The notes under the pieces were generated by a model. That model was not told the origin of the DNA, searched no databases, and was given only the letters and a program-made list of their open reading frames with translations. A program made the position numbers and the translations under genes. This document shows, piece after piece, positions 46,323 through 57,403 of a DNA stretch of 64,000 nt (its first letter is position 1; every line of letters begins with the position of its first letter). Source of the DNA: Fistulifera solaris (taxonomy: Eukaryota); the NCBI GenBank assembly GCA_030295235.1, contig AP026150.1, forward strand, positions 124,001-188,000, read 5' to 3'.

Positions 46323-46943
46323 ATGACGAAGTTAGTGGCACTGATTTGTCTGCTGGTGTCAGTGACGACGACAAGTGCCTTTTCTATTCCACCGGCTGTT
46401 GCCAAAACCACGGCACTGTTCGCCGTGGCAAGCGGCGACTACTATCGACGAACCCTCGAGCAAGCTCGTCAAGTCGCTTTTGCACCCACCAGTTCTCCTC
46501 AAGAAGCTCGCAAGTACCTTTTTGAAGTACTTCATCTCCAGACGGGGTGTTCGACGGGTTTCTTGGAGGATGATGGAGTCTGTGACAATGTGCAAGAAAT
46601 GGCGGACCTGGTCGCTCATTTGCGTGTCAAGGCGAATGAAAAAGTACTGCGCCGTGAAGTGGTCTTGTTGGCATCGTTGATGATGAGTGCTTCCGCTGTG
46701 ACACTTATGGCGTGGTTCATGGGTATCAGTCATGTCGTGCCGTTTACTCCGCAAGAATGGATGTGGGCCGTCCGTGATGGTTATCTCCCCACTCTGTTGG
46801 AACAGAATTTCAAATATGGAGGCTTTCTTGTAGATGACCCGACTGACTATCAACCTTTTCTATGGACTGAATGGGGATGGTCCCTTCGTGATGGGTATGT
46901 GCCCACCATGATGGCCGATTGGTTCCGAAATGGCGGATTGTAG
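46323..46943 (+). CDS. Plastid-targeted hypothetical membrane protein with a duplicated PF..EW.W..RDGY motif
   Basis: Signal peptide + SAF; one TM segment; PFTPQEWMWAVRDGYLPT and PFLWTEWGWSLRDGYVPT, each followed by F..GG. Confidence 0.75.
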   Translation: MTKLVALICLLVSVTTTSAFSIPPAVAKTTALFAVASGDYYRRTLEQARQVAFAPTSSPQEARKYLFEVLHLQTGCSTGFLEDDGVCDNVQEMADLVAHLRVKANEKVLRREVVLLASLMMSASAVTLMAWFMGISHVVPFTPQEWMWAVRDGYLPTLLEQNFKYGGFLVDDPTDYQPFLWTEWGWSLRDGYVPTMMADWFRNGGL

Positions 46944-47510
46944 ATGTATGCTGCGCGGTAGAGAATCCACTTCGTTTGGATTCAGGCAGAGTGTAGATAT
47001 TGCATGGTTTCAATATTTTTTGTAATTAGTTGATAGACCAATTAGAGTCATATCTTTTCAATAAATTTGATTGATGATCACATGCACCGCAAAGGACCGT
47101 CCGTTTGATGTGTGACGATAGTAATTGACGTACCGGTACCGGTACCGAATGGAGCCCAGTCAAGAGTCCCGCGTCTTCCACACACACTACTTTATTCTAT
47201 TAGTCACGGTACTCAGTGACTGTTACCGTAACAGTAGTAGTTTTTGAGGTGGTACGAGGAATGAATGACCGCAAAGAACGAACCAAAATGAATGACTCTT
47301 TTGTTGGGGCGGAAAAAAAAAACCGCGTTTTCCATTGAAATAAAAACAAGGTCTGTTAATCCTCTTGCTTATTGAGAAATCTCAAGAGGGAGAACAAAAT
47401 AGGGAGCGACAACATACTTGAACTGAAAACGCAAAGCAATCACACGTGCAAAGCAGAAAAAAGGGAGCTATTTGTTAGAAAAAAGCGCTATTTTCGAAGA
47501 ACATCAAACG

Positions 47511-50006
47511 ATGCGCCCTGAGCAACCCATCTCGAATTTAAACGATCTGAAAGGATCGCAAGACAACGACGACGACATCGTGTACCGTCCCTCCTTTCTA
47601 GCCGATATCCCGTTACCACCGCCTTTACCGAACGATGAATCTGAAGCCGCACATGATCAATTACCGAACATCGAAGAATACAAAGCACAAGTTGGTCCTA
47701 CTTCCACCGACAACAATCGCTGTCTACGAATTTGTCTGATTACGTCTCTGTTTGTTGTCGCCATCGTTGTCTCCTTGACCGTCGGATTGGTTGTCGGAAT
47801 CGAAGAAGGAATTACGTTGGAAGAAGACACGATCGAACGTACCCCCACCACACCCGTGGCTTCCCCTATGAAACCACCAGTCGCATCACCCGTCGCTCCG
47901 CCCGTCGCAGATCTTCCCACCTTGCATCCGGATGTCGCGAACCGTAAATACGAAATGGAAGAAATAGCCTTGGCGGAAGGATGGTCCGATTTGTATTCCT
48001 TGTCGACACCCGGGACGCCCCAGAATCGAGCCTGTACTTTTATCGCGGAAGACGATCGCCAATTGCCCATTGAACCTACGCTCGAATTGAAAGAACGCTA
48101 CGCACTGGCCGTCTTGTATTATGCGTGGAATGGCGATCAATGGCGAGACAATTTGTTTTGGATGCAGTACAATCATCATTGTGATTGGATGGCGTCCTTG
48201 CAAGACGATGCGGGGCAGCCCGTATCCGTGGGAGTGATTTGTGACATGGATCAAAGCGTGACTTCGCTGTATTTGGCGGGCAATGAAATGCGAGGTACGA
48301 TTCCTCGGGAAATTAGACTCCTACGGAACTTGTTTGTTCTGGATCTGTCAAGTGCCCAGTATTTGGAATCGGGGGAAGATGGGATTCCGTGGCAAGACAT
48401 GGCGCAACTCACGAAACTCCAGACACTCAATTTGGCGAACAACAACTTTACCGGAATGATTGACCCACGATTGAATGCACTGAAAACACTGACTACCTTA
48501 AATTTGTCCAACAACCGGTTCTACGGCATCATCCCGGCGGCGATTGCGGCGAATTTGCGAGAATTGTCGATTTTGAATTTGGAATACAACCAATTGGGGG
48601 GTACACTGGATTCATTGCAAGACTGTGTCGCAGTAGCCATTCTGTTGGGAGGAAATAACTTGACAGGAACTCTCAAAAATGAAATCTATTCTTCCTGGCC
48701 GCGGTTGGAAACGTTGGATTTGTCGGACAACCAATTGGAAGGGGATTTGCCCGCAGGTCTGTTTGCCATGGAAACACTCACGGTTGTTGATCTGCACGGC
48801 AACCAGTTTTCGGGTCCGCTGCCTGATGTCATTTCGACCAACTCGCAAATTCGATTTTTGGCATTGCAAGAGAATCAGTTGTCGGGAAGCATTGGAGACA
48901 AGTTACGGTATATGACCAAATTGGAACATCTCGATTTATCAAACAACGCATTGACCGGCCCGCTTCCAGATGACTTTTCTATAATGTCGGACTTACGGTA
49001 CTTGTTCATGGCGTTCAATGGCCAGTTCACACCGGGTCCGATTCCCGCCTCGTACGGTAGTATGATGAATTTGGTGGATCTGTCCTTGCAACAAACTAAT
49101 CGCAACGGAACGATCCCCACGGAATTGGGACAGCTGACCGCGTTACAGCTTTTGGATTTGGCCGACAACGATTTGAGCGGCGCGATTCCGAGTGAATTCG
49201 GTACCATGGAAAAGTTACAATTCATACTGCTCAAAGACAACATGCTTACAGGATCACTTCCGGCAAGTCTGTTGGAATTGACCCGACTGGCGATCTTGGT
49301 CATTAACGATAATTCGTTCTTCGGAGCAACCAATGAGCTCTGCTTAGAAGGTGGTCAATTCGCCATTGAAACGATGGACGTCATCGTCTCGGATTGCGGT
49401 GACTTGGCGTGCGCATGCTGTGTCTGCTGCAATACTGCCGAAGGCAATCGGACGTCCGAGTGCGTCCTTTCGGTCTGGTTCAATGACGTAGATCCCGTCT
49501 ATTCTCCATACTATCGGTACCAGAGAGGATTCTATGCCTTTCAACAAACCGAAGTGGAGTACCCTTCTTTCGAAGAAGAAGTAGGAGAAGATCTTATCCT
49601 ATGGATTGATGATCCAGCCGCTCCTATTGATATTGATGGAGACGGGATCGTCAATGTGGGAGATTCCGATGCCGATGGGGATGGTATTGCGAATGAAGCC
49701 GACGGTGATAAAGATGGAGATGAAACTCCCGATTTTCAGGATGAGTTCGACAGCAATCCATTAGAGACTGTGGACAACGATGGTGATGGGGTTGGTGACA
49801 ACGCGGATAGTGACGCGACCGATGCAACGGTGGGCGACTCGGACGGCGACGGAATTGGAGACAATGCCGATGGGGCGCCAGACGACAGTGACATGGGCGA
49901 CACGGACGGTGACGGTGTTGGAGACAACGCAGACGAATTCCCCGATGACCCCAACCAATACGATACCGATCCTGGTGATGACGCCGGCGGTATACGAAAA
50001 CACTAA
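47511..50006 (+). CDS. Type II membrane leucine-rich-repeat protein with C-terminal thrombospondin type-3-like acidic repeats
   Basis: N-terminal TM segment; ERYALAVLYY..W..HC.W cap; about 14 LxxLxLxxNxLxGxIP repeats; C..C.CC cap; DxDGDG(V/I)GDNAD repeats. Confidence 0.9.
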   Translation: MRPEQPISNLNDLKGSQDNDDDIVYRPSFLADIPLPPPLPNDESEAAHDQLPNIEEYKAQVGPTSTDNNRCLRICLITSLFVVAIVVSLTVGLVVGIEEGITLEEDTIERTPTTPVASPMKPPVASPVAPPVADLPTLHPDVANRKYEMEEIALAEGWSDLYSLSTPGTPQNRACTFIAEDDRQLPIEPTLELKERYALAVLYYAWNGDQWRDNLFWMQYNHHCDWMASLQDDAGQPVSVGVICDMDQSVTSLYLAGNEMRGTIPREIRLLRNLFVLDLSSAQYLESGEDGIPWQDMAQLTKLQTLNLANNNFTGMIDPRLNALKTLTTLNLSNNRFYGIIPAAIAANLRELSILNLEYNQLGGTLDSLQDCVAVAILLGGNNLTGTLKNEIYSSWPRLETLDLSDNQLEGDLPAGLFAMETLTVVDLHGNQFSGPLPDVISTNSQIRFLALQENQLSGSIGDKLRYMTKLEHLDLSNNALTGPLPDDFSIMSDLRYLFMAFNGQFTPGPIPASYGSMMNLVDLSLQQTNRNGTIPTELGQLTALQLLDLADNDLSGAIPSEFGTMEKLQFILLKDNMLTGSLPASLLELTRLAILVINDNSFFGATNELCLEGGQFAIETMDVIVSDCGDLACACCVCCNTAEGNRTSECVLSVWFNDVDPVYSPYYRYQRGFYAFQQTEVEYPSFEEEVGEDLILWIDDPAAPIDIDGDGIVNVGDSDADGDGIANEADGDKDGDETPDFQDEFDSNPLETVDNDGDGVGDNADSDATDATVGDSDGDGIGDNADGAPDDSDMGDTDGDGVGDNADEFPDDPNQYDTDPGDDAGGIRKH

Positions 50007-50157
50007 CAGACCGAAAGCTGCTGCGTAAGCATAGTTAAGATACGTGTTATTTTCTTTCCAGACAATTTTTCATCAAACGGAGTTAGCTAGATTCCTTTCA
50101 GCCTAGCTCTACTTCAAAGTGTTCGACGGAGCAAAGCCGACATACTTGTACCAGGAA

Positions 50158-51411
50158 CCGTAGGGCGGAAATTGAAGCATATTTCCGTTCGGACATTCGT
50201 GGTACGTTTACTTAGAGCAATTCGAATTTTTTCGATTGATTCTAAATGTCGCGCCTAAATATGCTATATTTATGGGAACTTTTTGATCTAGAGTCAACCG
50301 GCCTGCGATTTCAACGGTGGCGATTTCCTTATTTAAAATGGTTTCCAACGATATGTGAAACACGTCAGACGCCCTTATGGTTGAGAAGTTATGCCATTTT
50401 TAGTGTGAGACCCCTCATTATTTTTTTCTCCCCTCGCACATCACGACGTACGACATGCCGAAAAAATTCGCTCTCACTAATGAGCAAAAGATGACCATTG
50501 CTCTTGAAGCAAAGTCATACATCTTGACTCAAAAACAGATTGCAAGTAAGTACAACATCGCGCAATCTCAAGTGTCTCGTTGGGTTGCACAGTTCGCAAA
50601 GCTTAATTGGAAACTCCCCGATGCGCAAAAGAAAAAGAAGTATTTGCCCGGAGGTGGTCGAAAGAGCATCTATTCAATTGAAATTTAAGAAGAAATTGTT
50701 TCCTTCGTTTCCGATCTCCGCTTCTACAACTACCCAATTACGATCAGGCGAGTTTTCATCCATTTGATGAGCAAGGCAATGATCGACGACAGTCCTCGTG
50801 ATAATGCTGTTGCAAAGCGGATCCGTCACATCTTCAACAAGAACGGGCTTGTCAGACGCAAGAAGACAACTGCTGCGCAAATCACACGCTCTTCCATCGT
50901 CATGAAGAACTGCTTCATTTTAATGGCCTCTTCTTGAGTACCTTCGGGTCCATGCAATGTTGCTCTTTCGACAGGGCTTCTCCACAACAATTGTGCAAAT
51001 GGTACTGTGTTCCGTTGGAATTCACCTTCAAGCCGACAATTTCCAGGGTAAAATAAGGTTCGTCCTCATTTTCTTCAATGCTTACTTCAGATTCTGTGGC
51101 AGAACGAAGGGAATTGCTGTCGGAATCACTCATGTTTCAAGCATCGGCGTCTGTTTGTGTTTTTTCGCAAAGCTGATGCGGTGTGTTTTGAGAGGGTAGG
51201 AGAGGCGGAGGAATAAAAGGTGCGCGCCAACCCCAAAAATTGTTTGTATACGTTTTGGGTACAAACGGCATTGATTCAAAAAAATGCGCGAAAGAGCGCG
51301 AACCGCTCCCCGTGTAAAAATCACGCGATGGCAAAAAACCTCGAAGGAGCTTTGCCTAAGTGTTAGTGCCGGTTGACGGGGGGGGTGTATGCTTCAATTT
51401 CCGCCCTACGG
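50158..51411 (+). mobile_element. Non-autonomous pogo-type (Tc1/mariner-pogo) DNA transposon
   Basis: Perfect 24-bp TIRs CCGTAGGGCGGAAATTGAAGCATA (50158-50181 / 51388-51411). Right flank TA, left flank AA. Confidence 0.92.
50455..50910 (+). pseudogene. Truncated pogo transposase: N-terminal HTH + CENP-B-type HTH only
   Basis: QKQIASKYNIAQSQVSRW..GGGRK, in-frame TAA at 50686-50688, then DLRFYNYPIT..FNKNGLVRRKKTTAAQ; no DDE domain follows. Confidence 0.8.
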
Positions 51412-51727
51412 TACCGTACCAACAAGTTCTCGGCACACGTCAGAGCATAAAGCTCTCACAATCACAAAATTCGACCTGATTGTGTACCGGAACGACTCGT
51501 AAACTTAGGTAATGCTTCGTGGAAGCCAAGTAAAAAACAAGTTACTTCCAGATTCCTGGACGACACTTGGCAGGAAAAAAGTGAGAGAAAAGGCCGAACC
51601 GAATTTTGTGCCACAATTCTCACGAAAGTTCGAATCTTGCTGTCGAGAACTTTCAATCATAATTCATCCAAGCAAATAAAGGACTATCGCTCTCTATCTT
51701 CTTATAAAAACAAGAAAGAGAAGCACG

Positions 51728-51967
51728 ATGATCTCGAGTACGATAGACTCCTCCTCGAAGCCCCGACGACACGAAACCGTCTATCATCCCGTCATTAGTT
51801 CCATGGTGCAGCAACCCAATACAATGAAGAATTGCACACAAGTCCTCGACATGCATTCCCGCTGTGAAGCGTTGCGGCGCAGCACCCAGTACGAAAGCGA
51901 AGAAACCTTTGTCTGTCGGACGGCGCAGCGGTATCACGACTTGTGTTTACAAGGGTACGAGTTATGA
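51728..51967 (+). CDS. Small hypothetical protein with 4 Cys
   Basis: 79-aa ATG-initiated ORF with coding-like composition (HPVISSM..C..C..FVCRTA..C). Confidence 0.4.
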   Translation: MISSTIDSSSKPRRHETVYHPVISSMVQQPNTMKNCTQVLDMHSRCEALRRSTQYESEETFVCRTAQRYHDLCLQGYEL

Positions 51968-52231
51968 AGCCGCAGGCCCACTTGTTTTTTTTTTTGTGAA
52001 AGATGAATTGAGTGCTCGTCTCATTGTTGTCGTAGGTATCCGTAACATTCTGTTAATAGTATCATTTGAGTAAAACATTATGAATAGTTTATCTTCTATT
52101 CCTGAGAAGTACTCTTTGTCGACTTGATTCGCAGAAACATCCCCGAATCTGTTTACCTCGATGATCGGCATTTCTGAACTACTAGTCTCATCATGGCGCT
52201 CTTGATCATACCTCGTCCTTGTTTGGCTAAT

Positions 52232-53221
52232 TCAAGGCCCGGCAATGCTCGAATCATCGTCCGAAGCCAGGCCTTGAGGGTCGGCTGCGCCACACGCCAA
52301 ATCACGCATCGCCATCAGTCGACGTTGGAAATCCATCATTACCGAAGATTGCTGCTGATTTAACCACTCCAAAGTATCGCGTGTTTGTTGCACCAACGGA
52401 TCTTGTTCCGACAAGACACATTCTTGCACCAACAGCACTTCGTCCAAGGTCAAGGCGGCATCGTCGTACGCACCTTCCGATAGTTGCAGCGACGCTAAAT
52501 TCCACTGCGTGGCTGCGATCCCCAACAAAGGGACTTCCGGGGCCGTGCTTTTGAGTGCGACACGTTGTATTTTGAGGGCTTCTTCCCAAGCGACTTTTGC
52601 CATTTCCAATTCTTTCAATTTGTACAAGCAACAACCAATGTTATGAAGAATTTTGGCGACTTTCGGATGATCGTTGTCGTACCATTGACGCCGTATGTGA
52701 AGTGCTTCCCGAAAAGCCACGAGCGCTTTCCGAGGTTGGTGCCGTTCCAAGTGCACCACTCCCAATTGCGCCAAACTCACGGCAACATTGGCGTGATCCT
52801 CACCCAAGGTGGCTTTCCGGATCCGAATCGCTTCTTGATACGACTGGATGGCGGCTTCATAATGCCCCATACGCATCTGTACGATGCCCCGGTTGTGATA
52901 AGCCGTCCCAACGCGTTTGTGCTCTTCGCCGTACCTTGTCCCAAGACCCCGCAAAATTTCTTCAAAAACTTCCAATGCTTCTTCATATTCTCCTTGCCGC
53001 AAATGTTCCGAAGCCATGTCATGAATTGCTTGTAAGTTTTGTTCGACTTGTAAAAATGGGGCGCTAGTAGTAGCTGCGTGCGGAGATTCTTCACAACATT
53101 CCTCGCGATGATGATGATGATGATGATGATGCTGATGATGATGATGCTTCGACAGTTTCAAACGAATTTCATCGAGCGAAGAAGAGTAGTCATCATCATC
53201 CTTCTCATGAAAAATGGTCAT
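52232..53221 (-). CDS. TPR-repeat protein (kinesin light chain-like); may extend to ~53570 across a frameshift
   Basis: 42-aa TPR repeats (EAIRIRKATLGEDHANVAVSL) and a poly-His tract. Adding one A near 53298 fuses it with ORF 53263-53592. Confidence 0.82.
   Translation of the reverse strand: MTIFHEKDDDDYSSSLDEIRLKLSKHHHHQHHHHHHHHREECCEESPHAATTSAPFLQVEQNLQAIHDMASEHLRQGEYEEALEVFEEILRGLGTRYGEEHKRVGTAYHNRGIVQMRMGHYEAAIQSYQEAIRIRKATLGEDHANVAVSLAQLGVVHLERHQPRKALVAFREALHIRRQWYDNDHPKVAKILHNIGCCLYKLKELEMAKVAWEEALKIQRVALKSTAPEVPLLGIAATQWNLASLQLSEGAYDDAALTLDEVLLVQECVLSEQDPLVQQTRDTLEWLNQQQSSVMMDFQRRLMAMRDLACGAADPQGLASDDDSSIAGP
53107..53146. repeat. (GAT)n microsatellite encoding poly-His
   Basis: Directly visible; one GCT interruption. 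Confidence 0.9.
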
Positions 53222-53465
53222 TTTGGGTGATAATTCTTCGTATGGTTTTTCTATGGATTCCTCTATGGGTGAAAATCGATCCGTATAATAAGGTCGTTTT
53301 CGATGGGGACTCGTCGGACGACGACTCCTCCCTCCCTCATTGGCTGTTGTTCACAACTACTTTCAATGACATGATGATGATTCTTCTCCTTCTGTGGAAT
53401 TCTCCAACGCATTTTTCGTCGTACTTTGCCATGTTTTATCTTCTGGAAGGAGCTCTGTGGTTCAT

Positions 53466-53497
<32 letters not shown>
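53466..53497. repeat. (ACG)n microsatellite
   Basis: About 10 perfect units. Confidence 0.9.
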
Positions 53498-54203
53498 TCG
53501 AATACAGCTTCCGGAGCAATGGAAAAATCGTCTGTTTCCTCAAACGATGTTCGATCGATCAGCAGCAGCATGTGAAGGGTCGGAGGTCGCATATTGCCTG
53601 TATGTGTATTGCGTGTTTCTATATGATTCTTCTCTTTTCGGGTGTTTGTCTTTTACTGGAAGATCATGAACAAGCAAAGCAAGCAAGCAACACGAGAGAG
53701 ATTAGCTATCAAGGGCGGATGGAATTTCATTATTATTATTATTTGGTTGTTGCGCCGTATGGGGGCGCGGCCGTTTCCGTTGAAGGCTGGAAAAGTCAGG
53801 ATTCAAACGTATGAAGAACATCTCTCTAGAGAGCAGAGAGTTGATTTTTGTTTAAGAAAGATGAAGGATGCCGTTCCATTCCAAGCAACGGAAAGAAGCA
53901 TTATGGAATTGCAGGACCGGGAGAAAGGACAGAAAGAGCTACTTTTTTCACTCAAACGCAAAGTGTATCAGGATTGTGACAAGTGACAACTGATGATTCT
54001 TCTTCCGAACTCCGGACTGAACCATACCAGGTACTGCTTCCTGTTTCACGCACGACTGATGGCTGATGGGTCTTCTCCGCCCACGTGCCGAAAATGGCAT
54101 AGAACGACCGTTGCGACCATGAGGATGCTGTAAACGACAATTCTTCCCTCCATTTCATTTCATTTATTTTATTTTATTTTATTTTATTTACACACTACAC
54201 ACA

Positions 54204-54995
54204 ATGCAACGAATAAATTGCTGGACAATTACATTGTTGTTTTCGTGGCTTTCCTGGTTCAGTTTCGCGCGAGACGTTCCTATGAAAAAAGCCATGCCTC
54301 CCCAAATGGACCCCATTCCGTACGTTTCGTTTGTAGAGTAGTCAACACCTGCACCTTTTGTCGTTGCTCACCCAGTCTTTGTTTTTCTTTTGTTTTGCTT
54401 TTGTTTGGTTTGGTTTTCATCCATTAGAACACTCCCAGAAATTACACATCGTATTTATTTTCAAATTTCCATTGACGGACAACCACCACAAAAAGTCGTT
54501 TTTGGCTTGTTTGGAACCATTGCCCCGAAAACGGTCGAGAATTTTGTAACCTTATCGACGTGTCGCATCAAAGAACCGGGACCATTGACGGGAAAATCGT
54601 TGTGTTATCGTCATACCGTCTTTCATCGCATTATACCACATTTTGTCTTACAGGGAGGAGATTTCTCGCACGGTGACGGAACCGGTGGAGAATCGATTTA
54701 TGGAGGACGGTTTGCCGATGAAACGTTCGCCGTCAAATTCAATCGTCCGTACCTTCTCGCCATGTCCAATGCTGGACGTAACAGCAATGGCTCACAATTT
54801 TTTATTACTGTCGTCAAAGCCCAATGGCTTGATCAGAAGCATGTTGTGTTTGGGACGGTATTAGAAGGACGAGCGTTCATTGATGAATTGGAAGGATGGG
54901 GAACCTATGGTGGAATGACCCAAGGGAAAATTGAAATTGTGGATTGTGGGGAAGAACCATTGCAACCTGAAGACAAGGAACCTCATTACGGCTAG
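54204..54995 (+). CDS. Cyclophilin-type peptidyl-prolyl isomerase with a signal peptide
   Basis: APKTVENF, FHRIIPHFVLQGGDF, NGSQFFIT and WLDQKHVVFG motifs; exon 54204-54319, intron 54320-54427. Confidence 0.92.
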
Positions 54996-55199
54996 AGAAG
55001 ATGGATGGATGGAAGGAAGGGTTGCTACAAAACCTACCCAACGGAGAAACAAATCCTTCTCCTGCAAAAGAAGCCGCATTCAACAGGTACGCCTACAACT
55101 CATAGTAACACAAACAACGTTTCACTGTTTTCTGTTTTTATACTTTTTTTTAATCCACCAAATTACTTTTTGCGTTTTGATTTTCGTTTGTATTATTTC

Positions 55200-56926
55200 T
55201 TAAATCAAATCGGCCACGTCCATGGGCATTTCGGTAATTTCCGTATTGTAGAATTGTTCAATATCACGCAAATAGCGGACATCATCTTCGGCCAAAAAGT
55301 TAATGGCCACACCCTTACGACCAAAACGACCCGAACGACCAATGCGGTGAATGTAATTTTCACGATTCGTGGGCAAGTCAAAGTTGATGACCAAAGACAC
55401 TTGCTGCACATCAATACCACGAGCCAACAAATCCGTCGTGATCAAAACACGCGAAGAACCGGTACGGAATTCTCGCATGATAATGTCACGCTCACGCTGG
55501 TCCATGTCTCCGTGCATACACGAGACGGTGAAATCGCGCTTCTGCATCTCTTCTTGCAACCAGTCGACCTTGCGTCGGGTGTTGCAGTAAATAATGGCTT
55601 GCGTAATCGTCAGCGTCTCGTACAAATCACACAAGGTATCCAACTTCCACTCTTCCTTGTCTACGGCAATGTAGAACTGCTTGATACCTTCGAGAGTCAA
55701 CTCATCCTTCTTGACCAAGATACGGACAGGTTCACGCATGAATCGCTCCGTCACTTCCAAGACATCCAACGGCATGGTCGCCGAAAAGAGACACACTTGC
55801 ACCGATTCGGGCAAGAACTTGAAGATGTCATAAATTTGATCTTTAAAACCACGGGACAGCATCTCATCGGCCTCGTCCAAAAGAACTGCTTAATGTGGTC
55901 GAGACGGAGGGCCCGACGGTTGATCATGTCGTACACACGTCCGGGAGTGCCCACCACCACATGCACACCAGCTTGCAGGGTGCGAATGTCATCGCGGACG
56001 GCGGTTCCACCGACACAGGCGTGCACGGCAATGTCCATGTAATCCCCCAAGGCCAAAACGACCTTTTGAATTTGCTGTGCCAATTCACGGGTGGGGGCCA
56101 AAATGAGTGCTTGACATTCCTTGACTTTTGGGTCGACTTTGGCAAGAGTGCCGATCGCGAACGTGGCTGTTTTACCCTGCGGGGAAAAACGAGAAAACGA
56201 GTTGTTGTGAGTCAAACGAGTATCGGGATGCACTGACACATCTACCGGTAACCTAACAACAAGCGAATGAATCATCATCAAGTTGGATAGGTCCGTTTTC
56301 GAGTTTTTTTTTGTAGTTGTTATCAGACACATCGAGGGTAACTCTTTTCAGACTCGAAAGATGGTGTATAACAGAATTCATCATCCCTATTATTATACAG
56401 TAATAATAACAAACAATAAAGCACGTACCGTTCCCGACTGCGCCTGCGCAATCAAATCCCGTCCCAACATAGTGGGCTTGATCGCTCGTTGCTGAATCGC
56501 CGAAGGCTTCTCGAAACCGTAGGAATAAATTCCGCGCAACAATTCTTCCGGAATCTCCATGGCATCAAACGTTTCAATGGCTTCATCCCAATTCGAATCG
56601 AAATCGGCATCCGTCAATCCGCCGGGAGGAGCGGCCGCGGCTTCGCCCCCTTCATTTACTGGTTCATCTCTTTATTATATGATATAGATCAGAAAATCAA
56701 ATGTGAAAAAGGTAAAACACATGAGCCCTTTGCAATGAAAAGAGAGAAAGGCGCGAGAAAAATGAAATCCCAAGGCTTTAGGTTCCCGACGATATACTCT
56801 ACGTCCTCTCAGAGCCCTTTCACCACCATACGTCCGCCTGGTCCCGTTAACACTTTTACGACGCAAAAACAACTTGTGTTTTGTTGATGAAACAAGAAGA
56901 AAAACGTACCTTGGATCTTCGCTCAT
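55200..56926 (-). CDS. eIF4A: Eukaryotic translation initiation factor 4A (DEAD-box helicase)
   Basis: [34 protein letters not shown] and [13 protein letters not shown] motifs. Introns ~56669-56909 and ~56177-56428; 1-nt indel near 55880. Confidence 0.96.
56318..56390 (-). ncRNA. Intronic box C/D snoRNA, SNORD2/snR39B-like (LSU rRNA Gm guide)
   Basis: On the minus strand: C box ATGATGA (56384-56378), guide CACCATCTTTCGAGT (56366-56352), D' box CTGA (56351-56348), D box CTGA (56326-56323). The guide is complementary to the conserved LSU sequence ACCCGAAAGATGGTG with one mismatch. Confidence 0.75.
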
Positions 56927-57334
56927 GGTGCAATGCACACTTGTGAGAGAGAAAGAGAGAGAGCCGAGCGAACGATGCGTAATACTTGTAGTAATAAGCG
57001 TGGTGGTGAGGTGCAATAACGGAGGACGGTCAGACAGCGCATGCGTGTCGAAACAGTACACCGACTCCAAGAGTCCTTGGAAACGGATGGTCCTGCTTGG
57101 TTTGGCGCGCTTTTTTTTGTTTCGTGGGCGGAGGAGATTATTTTGTGAAGTGTCTTGTTGTCGGACGCCGGACAAACCACACCATCGCGACATGAAATGT
57201 ATGTAGGCCGACCAATTTCGAAATTCGAAGCATTATCACTGATATATCGCTTGGATGATAATACATCACTTCCATGAAACTTAAGAGAAAAAGAATACTG
57301 CATAGCATAGATTGAGTAATACTTTTTGCATCGA

Positions 57335-57371
57335 ATGAGTAACGCAATAGATTCCGTACGCGAAACGAACG

Positions 57372-57403
<32 letters not shown>

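Noticed and set aside
49630..49990. Repeats that might be a CRISPR-like array
   Set aside because: They are degenerate coding repeats (DxDGDG), with no identical DNA repeat-spacer structure and no cas genes.
53227..53814. 195-aa plus-strand ORF with poly-Arg
   Set aside because: Built on microsatellites and antisense to the TPR gene's 5' region.
55005..56042. 345-aa plus-strand ORF
   Set aside because: Antisense shadow of eIF4A caused by codon bias.
56215..56285. Second C-box-like ATGATGA in eIF4A intron 2
   Set aside because: No canonical CTGA D box at a suitable distance and no recognisable rRNA complement.
56669..56909. Possible H/ACA snoRNA in eIF4A intron 1 (AGAGTA and ACA present)
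   Set aside because: I could not build convincing hairpins or target pockets by eye; needs a covariance search.
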